Assembly (NCBI GenBank): GCA_038087875.1
Contig: CM075989.1
Location: 12,526,001 to 12,586,000, forward strand
Length of the DNA: 60,000 nt
From: Malacoraja senta
Taxonomy: Eukaryota
Direction: 5' to 3'
Below, one piece after another: positions 38,568 to 50,640 of this stretch. The translations under genes were made by a program, and so were the position numbers. The notes beneath the pieces are model-generated. The model was given only the letters and a program-made list of their open reading frames with translations, searched no databases and was not told the origin of the DNA. Within the stretch, counting starts at the first letter, position 1. The number at the start of each line of letters is the position of its first letter.

Positions 38568-40294
38568 AAGGTACATCATGAAAAAAACACTTTGAATCTT
38601 GAAACATCCTTTGATTTGGGCAAAGGTTATATCACTTGGGAGCTTGCATGTTTGTTGACAAACTGTACTCTAGAAAGATATCAAGTAGGTTCAGTATACA
38701 AAGTTCTAGTAACAGTTGTACCATGAAGTGGGGGATGATTGAAAATAGGCACAACATTAAGGAAATGAAATTCAAGGAGTCAATAAGTTGAAGTTTCATA
38801 TACCCCTGCTTCCACCTATCCATGCACCACACCCTACAGAGCCCCATCCCTGTCTCCATGCACCCAAAAGAGTGCAAGCCCAAATGTCCAGTTCAGTAAA
38901 GAAAAGGCTTTCTCAATAGTGATTTTGTGACAGTTGCAAAAAGTAGAATTATGGACATTGGATGAAAACAAGATTTGGCGCAGTAAGGAATCCCCATTTC
39001 ATAGATCACCTGCTGCTACTCATTCTGGTAAAAGGCTAATGGGACCTTGGTTCAGCATGAAACAGCAACTTCAGTCAAAGAAAGGAGAAATTTGAGAAAA
39101 ACAGTTATCGGGCATCACCTTGTCAAATCAAGCAAAGTGTTGAGAAAGACATTTTGTCTCCACCTTTGCAGTCTCTGCAGAATGATGCATTGTATGTTTT
39201 TTGAATGTGTACTAAATACAAGCACTATAAGAAATACTCGTCAGCACAATTTTTTTAATGTGGTAGATATGAGTGTCCGATGTTCAGAACACATTTATTA
39301 TGATTTAAGTGTCTACATCACTTTGGCTTTAATTGTGAAAGCGAGTCGTGTTGGACAATTTGTAATGCTCATGAATATCTGAAAAGCTCTCATTTGACAG
39401 AAGCAGACTGTGCCAGTATTTGAAGTCTCTCTCAGTAGCTGCTTAATAAATTCCTCATGTCCCACAGTGGGGCATTAGAGTCTTATCTCTGCACACCTGC
39501 TCGCCTGATAATCTGGCTTTCTACTGTGTCTGTATGCAGTCACTCACAGCAAAAAATATCATGAATGATGTCTCGCTTTTGCCCTCCCAGAAATGGGTCC
39601 CTCTTTCCCCTCGGACAGCATTAAATTATTCTTTGTAATTAACAGGAGATTTTCAGCAGTGGATTCTATTGTAATACAAATGTTCAGTGTGAGGCACTGT
39701 AGGCTTTCTCTGACGGCTGCAAATGGATTGAAACCAAAAAAGAAATTGCTGTTTCTGAACACAGCGAGTTGGATTAGGATTTTCCTTTCTAAATGCATCG
39801 CATTTTGCAATTTTTTTTCATTGCTTCTCTTAGTTTGCTGAGCACCATTCATTTCACAGAGAGCAAGCAGGTGCCCTTTTTAAATTACTTGTTATTTTTG
39901 AGATACTTCTTTCCTTAGCTCTCATGTTATTACCATTCAACTGATGAAAAGCTAAGCAGCTGACCTTGTCCCAGGCCTGGGAGAAGCTGCAGCTGGCTGC
40001 AATCCCTTCCCTCTTCCTTCATGGCAGACTGGCATCACTTTAATCATCAGCTCCTCTAAATTATGATATTTAAACTAAGGTGTGTAGGGGTAGTAAGCCA
40101 GAGACATGAAACAAGTGAAGGGAGATGGGAACAGTATGCTTATTTTTTTAATTCTTGGGAACAATGATAACTGCATCTCACTGAAGGCACTCCCCATTCA
40201 TGCCTTCTTTATTCATTCTGTTAATAATAGTATGAAGAACCTTGTCAGTGTTTATTTTTACAGTGAAGTAATATGGATGTCAGAATAAGACCAC

Positions 40295-41038
40295 CAGGTG
40301 CACCGAGGAGATGGCAGCCCTGCCGGCAGTCTATTCATTTTTTCTTTCTATTTGTTATTTTTTAGTGCGTTAAAAGTTTGTTTTAATGTTCTTCGGTATG
40401 TTTTATGTGGGGAGGAGGGCATCGGGGGAAACATTTTCAAGTTCCTACCTTCCCGGAGATGTGATCAATTTTTGGATCACTTTCTCCGAGCTCTGCGGCC
40501 TACCATCCCTGGAGCTGGAGGCCTCCTCGGACTGCCGTGAGTCCCACCACGGGGCGCGGACGTAACAACGGTGCGGATCCCTTGCCTGGGATCGTTCCCA
40601 CCGCGATCACCGTGGACTTACAATCAAGGGCTCGCAGTCTCGGGAGAGGCTAGTCGGGAGCTCCAATGCGGCGGAAGGCTCGACCATCCCCGATGCGAGG
40701 TTCGATCATCTGGTGTGGGGGAGCTGACATTCCGCTGATGCAGGAGCTGATCGCCTCGATGTGGAGTGCCCGAACGCCGCCGGCTACGGGAGTCAAGATC
40801 GTCCCGCCAAAGGAGGGCTCGAGGCCCCCGACCGAGGAAGAACTAAGGGAAGGACTTGAACTTTATTTCGCCTTCCTTCACAGTGAGGAATGTGTAGGAG
40901 TCACTGTGGTGGATGTTCATGTTAAAATGTGTTTTTGAGTGATTTGTTGCTTTTAATTGTATGACTGGCCTGGCCAATGAAATTCCTCGTATGTTGCAAA
41001 ACATACCTGCCGAATAAAGTGTGATTCTGATACTGAAT
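40295..41038 (+). mobile_element. GC-rich non-autonomous retroposon
   Basis: Head gagatggcagccctgcc, T-rich tract, GC-rich body, ccttccttcacagtgaggaatgtg motif, AATAAA + short tail. Confidence 0.7.
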
Positions 41039-41269
41039 TATAATTTCTTGGCACAATAGAGCTGCACATGCACAGCCAAACAATCCCAGTTTCTGGTGAG
41101 AAATAAATCCAGATATGGGTTGATGGCATTCTGGCAGCAAATCCCATCTACAGGCTACTCTTTCATAATTCACATCATCTGATCGAGATTCACACCCAGC
41201 TGTAGGATGTAGAAGAATTATCCTCTAACAGATATCTTCAACCAAGCGGCTATGTTGACAGCCGTTTTG

Positions 41270-42940
41270 CCCCACATGTTCTCAGATTAAACTCCATCTG
41301 CCATTTCTCCACCCATTTCTGTAACTGATATATATATTCCGCGGTATACTTCAACAGCCTTCCTCACAGTCCGTGAACTTACTAACCAACCAATCTACGT
41401 TCAGATCCCTGCAGAACTCTACTGGTCGTAGATCCCCAGTCTGAACATTGTCCTTCCAATACAACCGCTGTTTTCTATTCTTAAACCAGTTCCAAATTCA
41501 TATGATCAAGTTGGTGTTAATCCCATGCATTTTAATCTTCCGGATCAGCCTATCATGGGGGATTTTATCAATGCCTTACTAAAATTTGTGTGGCCAACAT
41601 CCACCGCCCTACCCTCATTGAATGATCACTTTCGCCAATTCTTCAAAAAACCTGATCAAGTTAGTAAGGAACAACTGGCATATACAAAGCTATGCTAACT
41701 GTCCCTAATTAACCCATTCTCTTCCAAACTATCTTGAAGTATCCTTTCCCAATAGTGTCTCTACTACTGATGTGAGGCTCACCGTCCTATAATTCCCTAG
41801 ATTCTCTCTACTTTTTTTTTAATTTAAAAAAATATATATATATTTATTAGAAGTACATTACATTACAACCACATACATTAGTACTCGTCACATATATCTT
41901 CTTACAATTAATGTACTCCGTTTGTTTTTTACACTAATAAAGGGAAAGGATGAGATTGAGAGAAAGAAGAAAGTGAAGGAAAAGGTGAAAGTGTAAAAAA
42001 CGTGACAACAAGAAAGAACGAAGACCCTATAAGAACAAAATTAAAAACAAAAGAAAAAGAGTTAAGAAATAGACCCTAGAAAAGAAGAAGAAAGAGAAAG
42101 AGGGAAAAGAGAAAAACAAATAGTTTTTGTAAGCATCACGCAAAAGGGACATACCAACTCTCGAACTTTCATCCCCCCTTACCTGACCTCAGGTTTTTTT
42201 TAAGGTACTTTTGCACCCTATATTTGTAGTAATACTATAAATGCAGACCACGTCAGGTGGAAGTGATCTGGTTTACCTGCCAGGAGGAGTCTTATCTCTT
42301 CTAGGTGTAATGTTTTGAACATATTTGAAATCCACATGTTTATAGTTGGTATTGGAGCCTTTTTCCAAAATTTTAGGATTAGCTTTTTTCCAGTTATTAA
42401 CCCATAGTCTATTAGTTTCTACTTTCCTTTTTAAACAAAGGACAGCATTAGCTACTCTCCAATCTTCTAGGACTTTGCCACAGCCTTGACAAAGATCTTA
42501 ACAACTTCTCTAGCCAGTTGCAATCTCCTCTCTTCCCGCTAATAACCTGGTGCTGGGCATTTATCCCACTTTATGCTCTTCAAGAGCCCCAAAACCACCT
42601 TAATCTCAACTGCCCCTGCATATTAAAATTCTCCACACTGATCTCACTGTCCTCCATGTCCTTCTCCTTGGTGAATACAGATGCAAAGTACTCATTTTAG
42701 TACCTCGCCTACATCCCCAAGCTCCAAATACAAATTCCTTCCTTTATCCTTGATTACCCACTTGCTTTTAATGTTGGCATAAAAATCCTTCGGATTTTCC
42801 TTAATCCGACTCGCCAAAGCCATTTCATTTCATTTCCCCTTTTTATAGCCCTTTTCACCTTTCAAGTATATCAGTTTTTAAGGTAAGAAGACCAGAACTG
42901 TACACAACAGTTATCTCACCAAGGCCCGATGTAATTGTAT
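41270..42940 (-). mobile_element. Old CR1 LINE RT region, interrupted by an L1 fragment
   Basis: GNYRTVSLTSVVD, EDWRVANAVLCL and related decayed motifs. Confidence 0.75.
41813..42417 (-). mobile_element. 5'-truncated L1-clade LINE (ORF2 C-terminus, 3'UTR, poly-A)
   Basis: GKKLILKFWKKAPIPTINMW..LHLEEI..FHLTWSAFI*; poly-A tail; TSD TCTACT(TT) at 41807 / 42418. Confidence 0.85.
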
Positions 42941-43364
42941 CAAGATACTAATCTTTACTTAATGTATTATGAACATGTGGCTAGAGGGATAGTATAGGAG
43001 TGAGATTTAGACTTCAAAGGCATCAGAATCTGTTCTGGGGAAGATTGGGTCTGTACAAGTGGACGGGTTACACACAGGCAATGAGACTCTTATCCTCCTA
43101 AGTGTTTGTTGGTGTTATTAGATAAGTTTAAACAAATATGGCAAAAGTTGAGAGGAAACACAGATAAAAATGAAAGATAGAAATATAAAGCCAAATCGGA
43201 AAACTGAGGAAAGAAGGGGAAGAAGAATATGGGTCCAGTAGATGGGGTTATGAAAAGAGAGGTGGTAGAAAGACAAAATCAAGAGCTCCTCCATCTAAAT
43301 GTACATGGCATCTGAAACTAATGAACTAACAACACAAATAGAGATAAACAGATATAAACATAAC

Positions 43365-44097
43365 CATTATCATAATCAAAATCGTAATTTATTAGCCATT
43401 TGTTGTAATTTATTTGTTGTAATTTATTGTAACATATGAGGAATTTTGTTTGCCATAGTCATACCAAAAAGGAGACAAGACGCACAACTACATCAAAATT
43501 TGACATAAACATCCACAAGAGCGGCTCCTCCCCATTCCCCTCTGTGATGGAAGGCAATAAAGTCTTATCTTCTTTCCTCCTTTTCTCCCGCGGTCAGGGA
43601 GTTGAACCATCCGCAGTCGGGGAGATTGAAGCTCCCACATCCGGCGATCGAAGCTCCCGCATCGAGGCAATCGAAGCTCCCACGATCGGGGCGGTTGAAG
43701 CTCTTGCGGCTTGGAGCTCCCGAAGTCGGTCACTAACCAGGGACCGCAAGCTCCACGTAGTTAAAGCGCGGGCTCCCGTGGTTGGAGCACAGAGGTCGAT
43801 CCCTGGCAAAGGGATTGCAAGCTCCATGATGCTAAGTCCACAGGCACACGCAGTCGGATCTCCCGGGGTTACAGCAAGAGGCCGCCAGCTCCTCGATGTT
43901 GAACCTCAGTGCAGACAGATATGACATGGAAAAAGTCGCATCTCCGTCGAGGAGAGAGATTAAAAAGTCCCCCTCCCCCCTCCCACATGATACAAAACTA
44001 AAGATAAACTAAAACATACATTTTACAACAAACTAAAAACAGAAAGAAGGAAAATGACGAGACAGACCGTTGGCGAGGCAGCCATTGTACCCCTGTG
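43365..44097 (-). mobile_element. GC-rich non-autonomous retroposon
   Basis: Minus-strand head caatggctgcctcgccaacggtctgtc, ccttccatcacagaggggaatg motif, 3' end similar to the 40.3 kb copy. Confidence 0.7.
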
Positions 44098-44688
44098 GGC
44101 AGTTGGAGACATAGTTATAAGGGCATCAAAGCTAGGAATGCAATATTCAGAGATAATTATTTTTTTAGAATGAACACAAGACTGTAGCAACAGGAGTAGG
44201 CCACTCAGTTCCTCAAGCCTGCCCCACCATTCAATATAATCTTGGCAGATCTCTCTCTCTCTTCTGTGACTGTTCCCCATAATCCTCAATTCCTCGATCT
44301 TTCAAATATTTATCTATCTCCACGTTCAATATATTTGAAAAATTGGATCTCCCCAGGTGGGAGAGAATTCTTCCTCAGTAGCAGAGTTTTTCAGTGGTTC
44401 ATTCCCTTCAGAGTATACTTTTCTGGGCACTTCAGTTTTAAATGTCCAGACCCTTATTTTTCCATTATGTCACCTTATTTGTGATTCTTCCACCAGTGGA
44501 AGCATCTACCCTGTCAAGGCCCCTTAGGAGCATACGTTTTAATAAATTCACCCCCTGTTCTTCTTAACTTCAAGGAATACAGACCCAAACAGCATAGCTT
44601 CACATGGTAGGAAAACTCTCTCATTGTAAAATGTAACATGGTAAATTATCTTTCATCTTTTCAGTTAAGGGCACACAGTATTCCAGGT

Positions 44689-44742
44689 GGGGAGGGAGAT
44701 TGCAACCTTCACGTGGTCCGCCCTGTTTCAACGAATGCAATC
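44689..44742 (+). ncRNA. Predicted minimal HDV-like ribozyme (one P1 mismatch)
   Basis: GGGGAGG GA GAUUGCA ACC UUCACGU GGU CCGCCCU GU UUCAA CGAA UGCAAUC. Confidence 0.8.
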
Positions 44743-44831
44743 AACCTGGCGTGCACAATCAAATAAGATCAAATAGAACAAGTTGTCCAACAACTTTCGG
44801 CTGTGCATGCCATACGCAAGAAGAAGAAGAT
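44689..44831 (+). mobile_element. HDV-like-ribozyme-headed short retroposon, copy 3
   Basis: TSD GTATTCCAGGT (44678-44688 / 44832-44842); (GAA)n tail. Confidence 0.92.
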
Positions 44832-45399
44832 GTATTCCAGGTGTAGCCCCTCTAACACCCTGTAAAACTGTAACCGAACCTCACTAGTCCAATAAAGGCC
44901 AACATGCTTTTTATCTTCTTAACTACTTGTTGGAACTGCCTAGTAACATTTTGTGATTCATGCACTAGAACCCCTGGATCCCTCTGAAGTTCACTCATTT
45001 GCAGTCTCACTCCCTTTAGATAATAATAATCTGGCTATGATTCCTCTTCCTGAAGTGCATGTCCTCATATTTCCCCTCATTTAACTCCATTTGCCAGGTT
45101 ATTTTTGCTCTATCAATATCCCTTTGGAGAATTACAATGTCTTCATCACAGCATACTCCTTCACCAATTATTGTATGATTAGTAAACTTGGAAACCATAC
45201 CTTTTGTCAGACAAGAAGAAAAATGTGGTGGGGTATCTCTGCTAATGAGATGTGAACAAAGTACAATTTGGGCATAGTTTTTTTTTAAAAGCAATGGGTA
45301 GACGATGATGGTAGGAGTAATGCATTGGCTTCCAAACAGTAGCCGCATTGTAGAAAAGGAAAATATGCTAGAAACTATGGATCTATGTAACAGAAAGCT

Positions 45400-47330
45400 G
45401 TGTGTTAATCACGAGTGACCTGCAGTAAATCCTTGGGTAAACTGGGTTAATCAAATTGGAAATGGCGGCTTATAAATTAATTCATAGAATGCGGTTAGGA
45501 TAGTTTCTTAGCGCAATGTGTTACCGAATCATCCAGAGAGCAGGCTTTTTTGGAGCTGATAATGTGCAATGTGACACTTGTAATAAATGATCTCAGAGCA
45601 GCAATTGCAGCCTGATAGATTTTAGTGTTAAGCTTTGAAGTAAAAAACTTAGTTCTGTTACAACTGAGTTAAACTTAAATAAGAGAAATTACAAAGGAAT
45701 GAGGGGAGTTATCTAAACTTGACTGGGCAGGTAGATGAGTAGTAAAGACAATGGACAAGCAGTGGCAGCGATTTAAAGAGATAATTCACAATTCCAGCAA
45801 AAGTGTATCTCAATGTGGAGGAGAGATTCTAAGGAGGGGATGAAGCAATTGTGGCTGAACAAGGATGTTAAGGCAAGTATTGAATTGAATGAAAAAAATA
45901 GGATAGCTTAAAATAAGAGTACGTCTGAAGACCAGCACTGGAGAAAAAAACTAAATATGGAGAATATTAACCAACAAGAAAAATAAAAATTGACAATAAG
46001 AGCAACTTTAAGTTCATAAAAAAAGGGGAGAGCGAGGTGAAAGTGAACATAGGCTTTCGAGAGAATGAAACTGGGAAAATAATAATAATAATAATAATAA
46101 TCATTTTATTTACTGGCGCCTTTCTAAAACCCAAGGACACCTTACAATGCATAGAATCACAAAAAAATACAAAACACATAATCGGAATAAATTAAATATA
46201 AAAACACCACAGTACACAAATCAAGGACAGAATTCAATTTCAAGAGCACCAAAAGAAAATAAGAAACACAATTTGAGGAGAGAGCAGCGGCGACCAATTC
46301 GCGCCAGCGTCCACTCTCCCCTCCGACCGCCATCTTGTACACGGACTAACAGGCACAGCACACAAAATCATCCCCCCACAATGACCACCACTGTGGGGGA
46401 AGGCACAATGTCCAGTCCCCAACCCAGTTCTCCCCAGAGTCAGGCCCATCGAGGCCACCACAGTTGCCTCTACGGAGGCCCGATGTTCCTGGCCGTCGGG
46501 AGAGTCCTCGGAGCGGTTGGAACGGCCGGTTTCCCAGCAGAGTCGATGTCACCCGAAGCCGACAGGGCCGCGCCGATTTGGAGCCACGAGGCTCCCGATG
46601 TTGGAGTCGGCGCCGCCGCCCGCAGCTGGTCGCTCCGCAGTCCTGCAGCCCGGAGGTGTTGGTGTTGGCGGTCCAGCTCACCGGAGCTCCAGCGCGTCGT
46701 TCCAGCGCGGCGACCCAGGCAAGGCATCGCCCGCTACGCTCTCCGATAGCGCTCCAGCGCTGTGCCGCCACCGAAGCTGAAGGTGCTGGGCGGTCCCCGT
46801 CAGGAAACGGCGCTCCATGCCCGCTGGTAGGCCACGAGGACGGGTCGACGAGGCAGCCTGGAGAAAAAGCTGCCTCACCGACCAGGTAGGGACCTAGAAA
46901 TAGTTTCCCCCTTACCCCCCCACATTAAAAGTCAAAACCCCCCAAACAAACAAAGAAATTAGAAACACTAAAAACAAAAGAAAGAGTGAAGTTGACGGAC
47001 GGCTGCTGTTTAGCAGCCGTTCCTCCAAGATGGCGGCTCCTCCTCTATAGTTGTTGGAAACAAGAAAATGGCAGAAGAATTAAACTTATATTTTGCATTA
47101 TTGTTTATATACTGAGAACATCCAAGTAAAACCATAAAAAAAGGTAACAGTATTAAATTTCTGTCTTCAGGAGAAAATCAGGCAGATAAATCGGATAAGT
47201 CCCCAAGACTTGATGGATTTCATCCCAGGCCCCATAAATAATTAGCTATAGCGAGTGAATGCAGTAGTTATAATCCAAAAATCCTCAGATTCTGGAGAAG
47301 TACTGGAGGATTGGAAAACTACCAATATCA
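45400..47330 (+). mobile_element. Old CR1 ORF2 fragment, interrupted at 46080-47045
   Basis: ENETGKI | VGNKKMAEELN across the insertion; DKSPRLDGFHPR; EDWKTTN. Confidence 0.75.
46080..47045 (-). mobile_element. Composite GC-rich non-autonomous retroposon with L2-like 3' end and (ATT)n tail
   Basis: Minus strand ends gtaaggtgtccttgggttttagaaaggcgccagtaaataaaatg(att)n; gccttcccccacagtg motif; interrupts a CR1. Confidence 0.65.
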
Positions 47331-47480
47331 AGTCAAGAGTGTTTTATGGTCATATGTCCCAGATAGAACAATGAAATTCTTATTTGCTGCAGCACAACAG
47401 CATATGTAAACATAGTACACATATGTTAACAATATGATAAATGAGAGAGGAAAAAAAAGTTCAGTGTGTATATATACACA
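47330..47480 (-). mobile_element. Rex1-like 3' end fragment
   Basis: Minus strand aagaatttcattgttc..atatgaccataaaacactcttgacttga. Confidence 0.55.
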
Positions 47481-47496
47481 TACTCACAGGTACACA

Positions 47497-48730
47497 TCTA
47501 TCTATATCTATGTATATACTATTAAAAGTCTCGACTTGTTTGTCTGTCTGTGATCTCAGGAGCTACGCCAAAACGGTACACAATATAGCGATGTTACAAT
47601 ACTCACCTTCAGCGGTGCTGCAGTTCTGCCACTGGCCGTGTGCGCGACTTTGGCGCCTTTGAGGGGGGGGGCGGGATTAAAATGCCGTTTTCTCCTGCCT
47701 GTCGGAGTCGAACTTTCACGGGCTGTTCAGCTGCTGCAGAAAAATAGTTCCGACTGCCGTTCTCGGATGTTTAAAAAAAAAAAATCACGGGACAATTTAA
47801 TCCCTGGAGTAAAATAAAAAACTACTTCTAACGCCGTCAACGCCTACAATGGGACGGATCTCACGTGGGGGACAAAACATAAGGGAAGTAGTTTATTTTA
47901 CATATAAACTTGCTTCTTAGGATGACTTTAATCCAAATTTCATTGGTGAAAATGTGATTTTGGCCCCATACGAACCGGCAGTGTTTTTCCTGTCGATATG
48001 GGGTTCAAATTCACTGCAACCGCAACGTTCCAATCGATCGCGTTCCACAAAAACCCACTCGCAAGATGATTTAAATGGCCATTAATTTACGGGAATTAAA
48101 CATTAAATTCCTTCCATTTGGCCTATAAATTCATGACAATGAGATTTAAAAATCATGTTATATTGTGAATTCTTGTGTGAATGTTATTTGGACACTTAGG
48201 CTATTAAAAAATGTTAACCTTTTCTTAAGAAATGGATAGATGTTTAGATCTAGTAATTGAATTTTGTAATTAGCTACAATTAGGTAACTAACTAATATGC
48301 TTTAATTTCAGGTCATCCAAGTAAGATTGTTTCATATTTGTTTCAGAATGCTTCAATCTATAATAACTAAAAATTTAATTCAGTTCTCTTAACTTTTAAG
48401 AAAGTTATGGGCTTTTTACTGTCCTCGATCACAGCTTTTGAGGTAAGTCAATAGAAAAGCAATAGGGAACAAGCTAATTTCAGAGTATGAAAATGGTCAT
48501 AACGTTTTTAATACTGAAGATATGAAAGTGAATTAGGTGTCAAATTAAACTTCTTTTTATGCTTTATCTGATGGGATAAATTGCAGACTTGATTTTTAAA
48601 ATCTCAAAATTTTGTAACATTTGTAGCGCAAACATTTTTTTCAGAATCTTACTCAGCTTTTTCCTGTGGTCGTTCTTATCAAGTTTCTTCACATTTCATT
48701 TTATTGATATTTAAAGTTTTTAAAAAAACA
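47497..48730 (+). mobile_element. Possible non-autonomous Helitron-like repeat, split by a ~1 kb TIR element
   Basis: A|TCTA..TATATACTATTAAAA start with (GTCT)n; no clear 3' hairpin/CTAG found. Confidence 0.3.
47586..48625. mobile_element. Non-autonomous DNA transposon with short TIRs (superfamily uncertain)
   Basis: ATGTTACAA (47591-47599) / TTGTAACAT (48612-48620); non-coding interior. Confidence 0.55.
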
Positions 48731-50059
48731 CCCCCCCCCCCCCCCCCACCACCACCCAATGTTTCTTGTTTATCACTCAACTAAAAGCTGCAGATTAAAA
48801 CCACAAAGGCTTCTAACTACATTACCAAGGTCTAACTATAAAACATACTAAAATAAACTCATGCCACTGTCACTAATGTAAATCCTCTGAGACTACAGTC
48901 AGAGGAGCACTGTGCTCAAACCATAGTGTGCTCGAGTAACATTCTTTTTTGATGTCAAATATTTTGCCTCTGCTACAGGGCAGATTAAGCTATTTAAGAG
49001 TTTGTAAAAGGTAAGTCTGGAAAAATTATCATAACTTAAATTGCAGATTTGGAAAACGGACAACAGTTCAAACTAATAAAAATAAATAGAAGGCTGGCAT
49101 CTGGAAATTTTCACACAGCATTTTATGAAATGAACTCGAGACAAAGTCTTGGAGATAAAACATTAGAAACTATCTGAAATAATTAGGTGGTGAAATAAGA
49201 CGAGCGTAGGGCCTTTCTGGGTCAAGAATTTAAAATGAATTGATCATCTTTCCTGAGCTGCGATTATTTTTTCTATATTTGAAGTGCTAAACTTTACCAG
49301 CATGTAATACTTATGTAAACAACATTGCAAATGAATGCCTAATTGCAGCAAAATATTTGGAGCATTACCCAGTCAGTTCAGGTTGGCCTTTACTTCATGC
49401 ACATACCCAGGCTGGCTTTCTGCATGCTGGAAGCCAACAGCATTGTCTGGAGCTGATTTGGCCTTAGACAGTACAGGAATGTACTTGCTGCCTGACATTA
49501 GGCCTGCCCTCATTAGGCCCCTACCATCCTTTGGCAAATCTGGGGCAGTGCTTTGCCCATTGTCAGTGTTGCAAATTTTAAAACATGTTCAATACATTTT
49601 TAAAATTATTAAAATTGGAGTATACAATTAACAGAAATAATAACGATTAAAATTTAGAAATAAACTAAAGCATAAAAATAATGAAAAAAAATCAAACAAA
49701 ATAATTTTTAAAGTTGGAACTTTGTCTCTTGGTTTTTTGTTGCACAATCCCCATTGAAATTGGTGGGATATTGAATTGTGTGCGTGATCTGACTTGGTGG
49801 AGGTTCAAGTGGTGATTTCCCTGTGTCATGCTGGGCCATCACAGTAAGACTGGGCCTCATTGCTAGACTTCCTGTTGAGTCCAGTACAGGGCGACGAGGC
49901 AAATTTGGCCTTCAGGATCTGTCAGTTTCTGTGTTCATCCATATGTGATGACACAAAAGGAGCAAAAGCAAGCAACATCTGGCCAATTATTCATTTTTCA
50001 TGTATTCATCCAGTGGTTCAGATGTGGTTCCCCATCAATATATTGCTTCACATAATTTG

Positions 50060-50640
50060 AGAACATAACAAATAGCCGGAGTAGGCCATCCTATACCTTG
50101 TGCCTGCTCTACTGTTCAGTACGATCTTTCCTTGATTCCTTTCATATCCACAAAATTATTAACCTTGTACTTCGCACCTCAGCCCCCCACCTCTCTTGTA
50201 TCAGGAAGTCCACAGTTACATTGCCTTCTGATGAAAAAAAAAAGCCTCTTCATCTCAGTTCTGAATGGGATCCTTGGTTCTCAACTACTTAGCCAGGGGA
50301 AACATCAACTCTACATCTACCCTGTTAAACCACCTAATTGTTTTGCACATTTTAATTAGATCAGCTTTCCTACTAAAGCCAAGTGTAGGACTAGTCTGCT
50401 AATCTCTCCTCGTTGGATAATACCTTCATTGCTGCAATCAGTCTGGTGAAGCTTTGCTGCACACCCTCCATTGTAATTACCTCCTTTCATGACAAGACTT
50501 CCGCATGATATTACACATGCAATCTCACCAGTGCTCTAGAAGGATTGATTAAAGGATAGAAATGATATTAATGGTTCATTTTACCAATGGGCCATTGTGA
50601 CCAGTAGGAGCAAGATGCCTCTACTCTTGTACTTTTTTAA
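50060..50640 (-). mobile_element. Old CR1 3' fragment
   Basis: ctggtgaagctttgctgcacaccctccat (EGVQQSFTRL on minus); gagtaggccat 3'UTR. Confidence 0.65.

Larger units (their letters stand above)
44170..45200 (-). mobile_element. Old CR1 3' region (host of ribozyme-SINE copy 3)
   Basis: SKFTNHTIIG..LQRDID..WQMELN; HLEYCV split at 44688/44832; CR1 3'UTR at ~44190-44240. Confidence 0.8.

Noticed and set aside
46147..46889. GC/CpG-rich stretch with overlapping ORFs resembling a CpG-island promoter or first exon
   Set aside because: Lies inside a tailed repeat that interrupts a CR1; the ORFs follow from GC content
48731..48747. Poly-C run (also poly-G at 34419-34432)
   Set aside because: Simple homopolymers with no supporting context
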